Below, piece by piece: positions 56,039-64,000 of a stretch of DNA of 64,000 nucleotides. Under the pieces are notes generated by a model. That model was not told where the DNA came from. It saw only the letters and a program-made list of their open reading frames with translations, and did not search any database. Source of the stretch: Bacteroidales bacterium. GTDB taxonomy: Bacteria > Bacteroidota > Bacteroidia > Bacteroidales > UBA12077. A program made the position numbers and the translations under genes. The DNA lies in the NCBI GenBank assembly GCA_963665525.1, contig OY762280.1:3948084-4012083 (forward strand), in the 5' to 3' direction. Position 1 is the first letter of the stretch, and the number at the start of each line of letters is the position of its first letter.

Positions 56039-56352
56039 AGTTCTTATTGTTTTAAGGTTGCTAAAATTCAGAAAATCAACTATTGAGTAGTTGTTGTTCT
56101 TATAAATAAAGGTAGTAAGATTAATGTTTAAAATCATTTGATGATAGTGTTTTTATATCAAGAAAAACTTTGAGATTTATCAAATTATTTGATTTGTACT
56201 GAGATATTTTAATTCAAATTGGTCAGAAATAAATTATAGGTTCATAAGAATTAAACCTTTATAAAAAATCAATATCAAATTAACAGATTGATAATTAGAG
56301 TTACTTTATTTAAGAATGTTTATATTTACATCTCTTTGTATTAACCGATTTG

Positions 56353-56733
56353 ATGAAAAATAGTGCGCGATTAAATAAAATCATTGTATTCATTGTTCTT
56401 CCGGCAATTAGCTGGCTATTCTTTAATTCAGTTTATTACAGACATTTACATGAGCTTCCTTCGGGAATAACAATTTCACATGCTCATCCATACGATAAAA
56501 CATCTGATAATAATTCAACTTGTCCTTTTTCTTCTCATGATCATACAGAAGATGAGTACTTACTTTACGATGTGATGTCGAATTTAATTGTTCCGATTGT
56601 ATTTGTATTGTTTGCCATTGCTACTTTTTTTACTGCCATTATACAAGATTATAGATTCGAATTAAAAGAATCTATTTATCAATCTGAGTTTTACCTCTAC
56701 AAAAACTATCGGGGACCACCAGCAAAATTCTAA
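56353..56733 (+). CDS. Small 2-TM membrane protein with a His-rich loop
   Basis: The loop HLHELPSGITISHAHPYDKTSDNNSTCPFSSHDHTEDE lies between two hydrophobic helices. It is the first gene of the metal-uptake cluster. Confidence 0.55.
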   Translation: MKNSARLNKIIVFIVLPAISWLFFNSVYYRHLHELPSGITISHAHPYDKTSDNNSTCPFSSHDHTEDEYLLYDVMSNLIVPIVFVLFAIATFFTAIIQDYRFELKESIYQSEFYLYKNYRGPPAKF

Positions 56734-56835
56734 ATCATACAATCAAGCTATATGTTCATATAGTGCCTTTTACAATTAGAATTTTATGTAATATAATCCA
56801 TGTATTAGCTACAGGGGTGGTAATAACTAATCATC

Positions 56836-58113
56836 ATGAAAATAAAAATATTTTTGGTACTGATATTCCTAATTAATATCAGTTTATCTTATGCACAGTC
56901 CGAAGGTGAATTGGCAACACGTATCGATTCTTTAGAGTTTCAATTAAAACAACTGCAAAATAAAATTGAGAAGAAAGAAAAGAAAGATGAATTAAAAGAG
57001 CTGATGGACAGGGCAAAGCATCTTTCATCACAAGAGAAAAAAGAGAGTAGTGATATTTCTAAAAAATTCCATAGTGGTATACGTCAACAACAAGGATTAA
57101 ATCCAAACATTAGTGTTAGTGGCGATTTTTTTACTTCGTACAGCACAGCCGAAAATGATATTATTAATGAACCAAGTGAGTTTTCATATGGAAATAATAA
57201 TTTTTATATGCGAGAACTTGAGTTGGCTTTAGTGGCACCACTCGATCCGTTTACTCGTGGAAAAACATTCTTAAGCATTACTGATGAAGGTCTTGAGTTA
57301 GAAGAAGCTTATATGGAGTTAATAAACCTGCCATTAAATATGAATTTAAAAGCAGGTATTTTTCATGCAGAGTATGGATTATTAAACAGATATCATCCTC
57401 ATGCTTTACCTCAGTTCGATAAACCAAAGGCTTTGATGTATCATTTTGGAGAAGGAGGATTAGGAGGTGCAGGTTTAGCAGTTAATTTTATGTTTCCAAA
57501 ACCTATTTTAGCTGATGCCAGCTCGTTCGATTTTACTGTTGTTGATGGAGGCAATGGAATGAGCTATACTACCGACCGAGATATTAATCTGCTTTATATT
57601 GGTAATTTTAAAAACTATTATGATATTAACGATGATAGTTACTTCGAATTTACCTTAGCTGGTGTAACAGGACAAAATGATAGTACTGGAAATTATAATT
57701 CTCATATTGGAAGTTTAGGTTTGCACTACAAATGGTCTCCGGTAGGCAGATCAAAGTACAGAACATTCGACTGGAAAACGGAGTTTATTTATGGATATCA
57801 CGAGGGAGCTTTAAAAGATATAGAAACTTTTGGTTGTTATACATCGCTTCAAAATAAATTGAATGCACGATTTTGGATTAGTGGTAGAGTAGGATACACA
57901 GAACTTCCTTATAATAAATCTGAATACGAAATCGACTATTCTATTTGTTTGGACTTCTGGCAAAGTGAATTTGTGTTTTTCCGATTTCAATATCAATATA
58001 ACGACAGGCATATTGATAATATGATGGGCTATATGGGAAAAATGCCAAGCGATCATGTATTTACATTACATGTTAACTGGGCTATGGGACCACATAAACA
58101 TGAGGCATATTAA
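56836..58113 (+). CDS. Putative outer-membrane beta-barrel/porin with N-terminal coiled coil
   Basis: It has a signal peptide (SYA|QS), a Lys/Glu coiled-coil segment, a beta-strand-rich body and an aromatic C-terminal residue. Confidence 0.6.
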   Translation: MKIKIFLVLIFLINISLSYAQSEGELATRIDSLEFQLKQLQNKIEKKEKKDELKELMDRAKHLSSQEKKESSDISKKFHSGIRQQQGLNPNISVSGDFFTSYSTAENDIINEPSEFSYGNNNFYMRELELALVAPLDPFTRGKTFLSITDEGLELEEAYMELINLPLNMNLKAGIFHAEYGLLNRYHPHALPQFDKPKALMYHFGEGGLGGAGLAVNFMFPKPILADASSFDFTVVDGGNGMSYTTDRDINLLYIGNFKNYYDINDDSYFEFTLAGVTGQNDSTGNYNSHIGSLGLHYKWSPVGRSKYRTFDWKTEFIYGYHEGALKDIETFGCYTSLQNKLNARFWISGRVGYTELPYNKSEYEIDYSICLDFWQSEFVFFRFQYQYNDRHIDNMMGYMGKMPSDHVFTLHVNWAMGPHKHEAY

Positions 58114-58138
58114 AATAGAAACATATAAAAAATTAGAT

Positions 58139-59164
58139 ATGAAAAAATTAAAAATTTTATTAGCTGTTTTACTGATTTCATCAGGAACATTATTTGCCGA
58201 TAATGGCAAAATTAAAGTGATTTGTTCATTTTCCGATTATGCTACTATAGTAGAGCAAATCGCAAAAGATAAAGCTGATGTTGAGTTTATTGCATCGGGA
58301 GAACAAGATCCTCACTTTGTAGCTCCAAAGCCAAGTTATGCCATGATGCTTAATAAAGCAGATATGTGGGTAACAACAGGATTAGATTTAGAAGTTTGGT
58401 CGACTACCTTATTAGATAAAGCAAGAAATAAGAAAATCATTGATGGAGCCAATGGTTTTGTTGCAGTATCCGATGGAGTAAAAATATTACAGAAAGTAAC
58501 AAAAGGAGATAGAACAGATGGCGATGTACACTTAATGGGGAATCCTCACATTAATACAAGTCCTGTTAACTGGAAAATTATAGCTAAAAATGTTACCATT
58601 GGACTAAAGAAAGTTGATCCTGCAAATGCAGCATTTTATGAGAATAATCGCGACGAGTATATTCAACGTGTTGATAATGCTTTATTCGGAGAAGCTTTAG
58701 TTGAAATGTTTGGTGGCGAAACATTAACGGAAATGTTATTAAATCACACCTTATTTGAGTTTCTGGAAAGTGATTACGAAGGTCAAAAATTAGTTGATTT
58801 ACTTGGTGGATGGTTAAAAGAAGCATCATCATTTCGAGGTAAAAAAATTATTGCTTACCATAAAAACTGGGCTTATTTTGCGGATGTTTTTGGTTTAAAT
58901 ATCATTGGTTTTATTGAGCCAAAACCGGGAATTCCACCTTCAGCAAAACATGTTCAGTATATGACAAATCTTATCGAAGAACAAAATATTAAGTTAATGC
59001 TTGTGGCAAGTTATTTCGAAAAGAAATCACCTCAAATGATTGAATCAAAAACAGGAGTGAAAGCAGTTTATCTTCCTTTATTCTCTAAGAGTATTGAAGG
59101 AGTTGATGATAACTTCGCTTTAATGGATTATTGGATTAAGCAGGTAAAAAGTAATATCAAATAG
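58139..59164 (+). CDS. Metal ABC transporter substrate-binding protein (ZnuA/TroA cluster A-I)
   Basis: It has a signal peptide and metal-ligand blocks (GEQDPHF, DVHLMGNPH, YHKNWAYF, and a C-terminal lobe). I chose the ATG at 58139. Confidence 0.9.
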   Translation: MKKLKILLAVLLISSGTLFADNGKIKVICSFSDYATIVEQIAKDKADVEFIASGEQDPHFVAPKPSYAMMLNKADMWVTTGLDLEVWSTTLLDKARNKKIIDGANGFVAVSDGVKILQKVTKGDRTDGDVHLMGNPHINTSPVNWKIIAKNVTIGLKKVDPANAAFYENNRDEYIQRVDNALFGEALVEMFGGETLTEMLLNHTLFEFLESDYEGQKLVDLLGGWLKEASSFRGKKIIAYHKNWAYFADVFGLNIIGFIEPKPGIPPSAKHVQYMTNLIEEQNIKLMLVASYFEKKSPQMIESKTGVKAVYLPLFSKSIEGVDDNFALMDYWIKQVKSNIK

Positions 59165-59166
59165 TT

Positions 59167-60006
59167 ATGATCGATAATTTGATTTTTTTAGGTCCGGCAT
59201 TAACGGCATGTATTATTCTGGCAGGAATCCTGAGTTATTTTGGGAATCACATATTAACGCGTGGAATTATATTTATTGATATAGCCATTGCACAGGTTGC
59301 AGCTCTGGGAACTATGATAGGTTTACTGTTGGGTTTTGCCGAGGAGTCTGCTGCTGTGCAGGTAATATCATATTCATTTACAGTGCTTATTATCATTTTC
59401 TTTGTGATGCTCCGATCAAAAAAGATGGAAATATCGCAAGAAACCATTATTGGAATTATTTACTGTGTGGCACTAGGAACCGCATTGTTATTAGCAGAAA
59501 GTATACCGGGAGGTTCGAATTACATTACAAAAACCATTACAGGTAATATTCTTTGGGTAACGTGGAAGCAAGTAATAATTACTCTTTTAGTGGTTTTAGT
59601 GGTAGGAATAATACATGTTTTTTATGCTAAGAAGTTTATAGAGATTTCAGAAGCAATTCGAGATAAGAAACCAATGCAATCATATAGATTTCAAGAATTG
59701 ATTTTTTTCATAACATTTGGTTTTGTAATTGTAAAAGCCGTGTTTATTCAAGGTATATTTTTAGTATTTATTCTATTAATAGCTCCTGCTGCTATCGCAC
59801 GATTATTTACTCAAAATTGGAAACAGAGATTTATATGGAGTTGGATTATTGGCATTTTGGGATCGGCTATTGGAATTTACATTTCGTATGATTTTAATAT
59901 TTCGAACGGACCAGCTATTGTTTGCCTGTTAGGTACTTTTGTGTTTCTGGCTGCTTTTATAAAAGCATTTCAGCGAATTTTTGCTAAAAAGGCTTTAACT
60001 AAATAA
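59167..60006 (+). CDS. Metal ABC transporter permease (ABC-3/ZnuB family)
   Basis: 279 aa with 8-9 TM helices and the motifs FIDIAIAQVAALG and LLIAPAAIARL. Confidence 0.9.
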   Translation: MIDNLIFLGPALTACIILAGILSYFGNHILTRGIIFIDIAIAQVAALGTMIGLLLGFAEESAAVQVISYSFTVLIIIFFVMLRSKKMEISQETIIGIIYCVALGTALLLAESIPGGSNYITKTITGNILWVTWKQVIITLLVVLVVGIIHVFYAKKFIEISEAIRDKKPMQSYRFQELIFFITFGFVIVKAVFIQGIFLVFILLIAPAAIARLFTQNWKQRFIWSWIIGILGSAIGIYISYDFNISNGPAIVCLLGTFVFLAAFIKAFQRIFAKKALTK

Positions 60007-60025
60007 ACGGATAAAATTATTAAAT

Positions 60026-60886
60026 ATGACAATATTAGAATTTATGTTAGCGCCTTTAATGGCCTGTATATTACTAATTCTTATCAATGTATATTTCGGA
60101 ATACATGTATTAAAACGTGAGATTATATTTATTGATATTGCTCTTGCACAAATAGCAGCATTTGGAACTTCTGTAGCTGCAGTTATTGAACATATTATGC
60201 ACGAAGGACATGCTCATAGTCACGATCATTCGGAACATTCTATGATGGCTTATTTGTTGTCTTTGGCATTTATTACTTTTTCGGCACTGGTGTTTTCATT
60301 TTTGAAGAACAGAAAACTAAGTATTCCTTTAGAAGCTATTATAGGTATATCCTATGCTTTTGCCACAACAGCAGCTGTAATTATTCTGGATAAAGGCGCT
60401 GGTGGTGATGTTCATATTCATGATATGCTTGTAGGTTCAATATTATGGGTTTCGTGGGCTCAGGTTATTAAATTAGCGATAGTTGTTGGTTTGGTGGGAG
60501 TAATACATTTTGTTTTCCGTAAGAAGTTTACCCAACTTTCCGATAATTATCATAACAAAGAGTGTAAAATGAAAGGTTCAATACTCTGGGATTTTCTATT
60601 TTACTTAACTTTTGGTGTGGTCATTATCGAAGCTGTAAATATCAGTGGAATATTAACGGTGTTTGCATTTCTGATTTTACCGGCAGCATTTTCTGCTATG
60701 TTTAGTAAAAATTGGACTCACAGAATCATTATAGGAGCTGTTTTAGGAACCTTGGTTTCTGCATTCGGGCTATATTTTTCATGGAATATGGATGTTCCGG
60801 TTGCTCCGCTAATTATTATTATGCTTGGAGTGTTTTTATTGCTAGGAGCTTTATATAAACGTCTTATTAACTTAAAAAAGAGTTAA
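60026..60886 (+). CDS. Metal ABC transporter permease (ABC-3/ZnuB family) with a His-rich loop
   Basis: It is a paralog of the previous gene (FIDIALAQIAAFG, LILPAAFSAMF) and carries the insert HIMHEGHAHSHDHSEHS. Confidence 0.9.
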   Translation: MTILEFMLAPLMACILLILINVYFGIHVLKREIIFIDIALAQIAAFGTSVAAVIEHIMHEGHAHSHDHSEHSMMAYLLSLAFITFSALVFSFLKNRKLSIPLEAIIGISYAFATTAAVIILDKGAGGDVHIHDMLVGSILWVSWAQVIKLAIVVGLVGVIHFVFRKKFTQLSDNYHNKECKMKGSILWDFLFYLTFGVVIIEAVNISGILTVFAFLILPAAFSAMFSKNWTHRIIIGAVLGTLVSAFGLYFSWNMDVPVAPLIIIMLGVFLLLGALYKRLINLKKS

Positions 60887-60904
60887 TAAATTTTGGTTTT
60901 TAGG

Positions 60905-60938
60905 AGAGAGTCATCAAGAAATTGATGACTCTCTTTTT
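60905..60938. terminator. Bidirectional terminator between convergent genes
   Basis: agagagtcatcaa-gaa-attgatgactctct, a stem of about 13 bp, followed by tttt. Confidence 0.8.
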
Positions 60939-61419
60939 AATTAGCAGGATATGAAAAATGCATTTGAACCATTCGCCAGCTTCCTTGACGTTTTTCAAGT
61001 ACTCCTGTCCAACGGGTATTTTCCCAATTAACTTCTTGATCTTCCCAACGATTCAAATCGTTCAGCATACAATAGTACCATGCAACAGTACCATCTTGTG
61101 AAATATTAATATGCATATCCCAGGTTTCAAATCCTATATGTTTAAATCTTGGGTCTAACCAAAATTTTTCAGCTTGCTTAAATTGGTTAATACCAATTAC
61201 AACGTTATTGCTAGGATGCACCTCAAGATAGTTTGAATCATTGGCAATGATGCTGTATAGCAATGTGGTATCCTTATCTTTAGCCCAGCGGATCGTATTT
61301 TTAATGGTTTCTTCAACAAGGATTTTCTCGGTTGCAAAATCAATTTCTTGTGCTGGTTTTTCTTTTTTACATGAAAAAAGAATTAAGCTTAATAATAAAA
61401 TTATTAGTGTTTGTTTCAT
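60937..61419 (-). CDS. Lipoprotein, NTF2-like (SnoaL/DUF4440-like) fold, paralog A
   Basis: It has the lipobox ILFSC and the C-terminal pattern NWENTRWTGVLEKRQGSWRMVQMHFSYP, typical of NTF2-like cone folds. I chose the ATG at 61419. Confidence 0.55.
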   Translation of the reverse strand: MKQTLIILLLSLILFSCKKEKPAQEIDFATEKILVEETIKNTIRWAKDKDTTLLYSIIANDSNYLEVHPSNNVVIGINQFKQAEKFWLDPRFKHIGFETWDMHINISQDGTVAWYYCMLNDLNRWEDQEVNWENTRWTGVLEKRQGSWRMVQMHFSYPAN

Positions 61420-61441
61420 TTTAATGTAATTTAAGTTTTTG

Positions 61442-61939
61442 TTATTTATTGGTAAATGAAAAATGTTGCTGAACAACTTTCCACTCATTATTTCTTTTTT
61501 CTAGAATACCTGTCCATCTTACTTTCTCCCAATTAATCTCTTGATCTTCCCATTTGTTGTAATCGTCTATAATACAAAAAAACCAAGCATAACTTCCAGA
61601 TTGAGAGAGATTGATTTCTAAATCACAAATTTCATGACTAATCGCTTTAAATCTTTCGTCTAACCAGAACTTTTTATTTTGTTCGATTCCTTCGGGATAA
61701 TACACGACTCTATTGTATGGTGTAATACTTCTAAATATACTATCTGAAGAAATACTGTTAAGAAAAAGGTCAATATTTTTGGTTTTTGCCCAGCCAAAAA
61801 CATTATTTAATGTTTTCTCAATGAGTAGTTTTTCTTTTTCTGTACTGTTAGTACTTTTATCAATGTTCACTAAAATGATTATTAGCAGTATTAATGAGAA
61901 AAGGAAAACATACCAGGTTGCTTTTGGAATTTTCTTCAT
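61442..61939 (-). CDS. Membrane-anchored NTF2-like protein, paralog B
   Basis: It is clearly homologous to the adjacent gene (NWEKVRWTGILEKRNNEWKVVQQHFSF; FWLDERFK versus FWLDPRFK). Confidence 0.55.
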   Translation of the reverse strand: MKKIPKATWYVFLFSLILLIIILVNIDKSTNSTEKEKLLIEKTLNNVFGWAKTKNIDLFLNSISSDSIFRSITPYNRVVYYPEGIEQNKKFWLDERFKAISHEICDLEINLSQSGSYAWFFCIIDDYNKWEDQEINWEKVRWTGILEKRNNEWKVVQQHFSFTNK

Positions 61940-62108
61940 GGTTAAAATATTTTATTATTGGAATGCAAGGTAAGAGATTAAGAAATAGCTTAAGTCTTAA
62001 CTTATCGGGATGGATTACAAGTTTACATTTATTGAAATTATGAATTAAAATAGTCCGAATATCTCGGGAAAGACTTCTTAATCATAAAAAAATATGTAAT
62101 TTGTAATT

Positions 62109-63278
62109 ATGAAAGAACTTGCATTAATTGGACTTGTACAAACAGTATATTTTTCGCTCATTGTTTTTATGAAGAAAAGAAAAGAACTAAAAGACTATTT
62201 CTTGATTCTATTTCTTCTTTTAGTTGGCTCAGAATTATTTTATCGATATTATTCACAAATTAACACAAGTGCAGAGAATAAATGGATAGCCATTTTTGAT
62301 ATCATATATTGGGCAATTCTAGGTCCTGTAATACTACTTTATGTTCAATCTGTTATTAATAAAACGAAAAAGTTAGAGTTAATACATTTATTACATCTAA
62401 TCCCATTAATTATTAGTATCATTCCCTTTATTGATTATATTTTAATTAGTAATCATGAAAGTTTCTTGTATTATTATTTTAGTACGCAAGGATTCATGAA
62501 GTTTGCTATAGCTTACGTTTGGGAGTATACTTCGTTTTTTTATATTGTATATTCAATAGTTGTTTTAATTAAGCACAGAAATAATGTTAAAGAGTTTTAT
62601 TCTACAACCGAAAATAAAAAATTACTTTGGCTACTTTATTTAACAGGAGGATTTGGCTTTTATATTTTTATATCCTATTTATCGTGGGTATTGAAAGATT
62701 TAGCTATTATTGAAACATCATTTAAATTTATTCAGATTATTGTTCCAGTTTTAGTAGTTTATGTTTTTGGTGTTGGACTTTATGGTTACAAACAAGAAGG
62801 TGTTTTTACGAATATTGAATTAAAACAAACTAAAATTATTACTTCTAATAAAACGAAACTAAGAAAACGGAATACTAAATATGCTAAATCGGGTTTAGGC
62901 GAAATAGAAAGTGAAGAGTTAAAAGAGAAGTTGCGTAAAGTAATGAAAAACGAAAAACCATTCCTGGATTGTGACCTAACCATATCGGTTTTAGCTAATA
63001 AGATTGAAACAACAACACATAAATTATCACAAGTTATTAATGAAACTTATCATAAGAATTTCTTTGATTTTATTAACTCATATCGAATCGAGGAGGTTAA
63101 AAATCAGCTTATGGATTCTGAAAATGATCATTATAAAATTATGGCTGTAGCTTATGATTGTGGGTTTAATTCAAAATCTACCTTTTACTCAATATTTAAA
63201 AAACATACAAGATTAACACCTTCAGAATACAAAAGCGAAATGCTTAAGCAATTAAAAGAAAAAGAACTTATTAACTAA
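62109..63278 (+). CDS. AraC-family transcriptional regulator with an N-terminal multi-TM domain
   Basis: About 230 aa with 6-7 hydrophobic helices are followed by the AraC HTH pair (LTISVLANKIETTTHKLSQVIN ... IMAVAYDCGFNSKSTFYSIFKKHT). Confidence 0.85.
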   Translation: MKELALIGLVQTVYFSLIVFMKKRKELKDYFLILFLLLVGSELFYRYYSQINTSAENKWIAIFDIIYWAILGPVILLYVQSVINKTKKLELIHLLHLIPLIISIIPFIDYILISNHESFLYYYFSTQGFMKFAIAYVWEYTSFFYIVYSIVVLIKHRNNVKEFYSTTENKKLLWLLYLTGGFGFYIFISYLSWVLKDLAIIETSFKFIQIIVPVLVVYVFGVGLYGYKQEGVFTNIELKQTKIITSNKTKLRKRNTKYAKSGLGEIESEELKEKLRKVMKNEKPFLDCDLTISVLANKIETTTHKLSQVINETYHKNFFDFINSYRIEEVKNQLMDSENDHYKIMAVAYDCGFNSKSTFYSIFKKHTRLTPSEYKSEMLKQLKEKELIN

Positions 63279-63282
63279 TTAA

Positions 63283-63474
63283 TTACTTAATTGCATAACA
63301 TCTCGATGGTCTTTGTGTTATTGGTGCTAAAGTTGTTTTCTTATTGCTTAACTTTTTAGTCTTATCTTCTATATTTTTTGTGTTTGAAACATTATTTGTA
63401 ATGCAGATCACAATTAGCATAACAATTGAAATAATAAAGATAAAAATGGCAGCTAAAGGAGTTTTTATTTTCAT
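63283..63474 (-). CDS. Possible small single-TM protein
   Basis: The 63-aa ORF has one hydrophobic helix and a basic tail. There is no further support. Confidence 0.3.
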   Translation of the reverse strand: MKIKTPLAAIFIFIISIVMLIVICITNNVSNTKNIEDKTKKLSNKKTTLAPITQRPSRCYAIK

Positions 63475-63633
63475 TACAATATAGTTTTATTAATATGAAA
63501 TCAAATTTATTGATTCAATCTATAAGTTAAGTACTGTTCTATCGGTTTGGATATTTTACTTATGAATCATGTGTCCGAATAGATCGGCAAAGACCATATT
63601 CTTTATGTATCCTATATTTTTACATAAAAAATT

Positions 63634-64000
63634 ATGTTTATGCTAACACAAAATTTCAGGATTAGGAAATGTAAGATAAAAGATTTTGAATCAATTTTTA
63701 GATTGCTTAAACAACTATGACCTGATAAAAATCTTAACATACATGATTTAAAGAAGGTTTTTAGAAAAGGTTTAGAGTCAAGTTTTCAAGAGTACTTATG
63801 TGTCGAGCGTGAAAATAATTTAATAGGATTTGCTTCTTTATCCATAAAAAATAATTTGTGGCAGGCAGGAAATCTTGGGCATATTGATGAATTAGTTGTT
63901 GATTCATTTTACCGGGGAAGCGGAATAGGCAAGAAGCTTCTTACAAGCTTAATTAATAAAGCACAAAAATTAAAGTGTAAACGAATAGAATTAGATACTG
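63634..64000 (+). pseudogene. GNAT-family N-acetyltransferase interrupted by an in-frame TGA (3' end outside the window)
   Basis: The ATG at 63634 gives MFMLTQNFRIRKCKIKDFESIFRLLKQL, then TGA at 63718-63720. The same frame continues PDKNLN...LVVDSFYRGSGIGKKLLTSLINKAQKLKCKRIELDT, which contains the GNAT acetyl-CoA motif R/Q-x-x-G-x-G/A. Confidence 0.7.

Noticed and set aside
63718-63720. Selenocysteine insertion at the in-frame TGA of the GNAT gene.
   Set aside because: There is no convincing SECIS-like GC-rich hairpin in the AT-rich sequence immediately downstream. The aligned position in GNATs is expected to be Trp, not Cys/Sec.
1-64000. A search for tRNA, rRNA, CRISPR arrays, transposases, integrases, prophage or defence-system genes.
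   Set aside because: None was found. The intergenic regions are short and AT-rich, without cloverleaf-like GC stems or regularly spaced direct repeats. No ORF shows transposase, integrase or nuclease hallmark motifs.

Overview
This is 64 kb of a low-GC Bacteroidota chromosome. The phylum call is an inference from T9SS C-terminal sorting domains, a propeller-type sensor kinase with a LytTR regulator, lipoprotein N-termini with acidic export-signal-like tracts, and a small P-II-like gene behind an RND pump. It is probably a marine or facultatively anaerobic Bacteroidia, but that cannot be proven from the window.

I call 58 CDS with stops inside the window, plus one 5'-truncated gene at the left edge and one interrupted gene running off the right edge. 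I recognised no rRNA, tRNA, CRISPR array, transposase or phage gene.

From 1 to 42.6 kb the content is ordinary housekeeping and envelope genes:
- an FtsX/MacB permease and RNase R;
- a TetR-TolC-MFP-RND efflux operon;
- M16, M28, M49 and C1 peptidases;
- DnaG, a Sir2 deacylase, UbiX, ComF and CreD;
- an AsmA-like protein and DsbA/TlpA thioredoxin-fold proteins;
- a YtrA-SPFH-MotA-like operon.

The standout is a tightly packed 14-gene minus-strand operon at 42753-53836. Read in transcription order it encodes:
- TusA and a YeeE/YedE transporter;
- four exported rhodanese proteins, two of which end in a SoxY-type GGCGG cysteine tail;
- a porin O/P-like outer-membrane channel;
- a second TusA and a DsrE-like protein;
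- an orphan, split Qmo/Hdr-like module: an MvhD-like protein, two HdrA-like flavoproteins, a small wHTH protein, and an HdrC-like FeS domain fused to a 6-TM cytochrome-b-like domain.

No Sat/Apr, Dsr, Sox, Psr/Phs or SQR genes are nearby. Two Cys-containing Crp/Fnr regulators sit next to the operon, and an FNR-type box lies in the divergent promoter region. I read this as a candidate envelope-spanning sulfane-sulfur relay coupled to the quinone pool. I cannot assign it to a described pathway.

The right end carries a Zn/Mn-type ABC uptake cluster without an ATPase gene, tandem NTF2-like paralogs, a membrane-anchored AraC regulator, and a GNAT gene interrupted by TGA at an expected Trp position. 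None of the 58 stop codons in the window is TGA.
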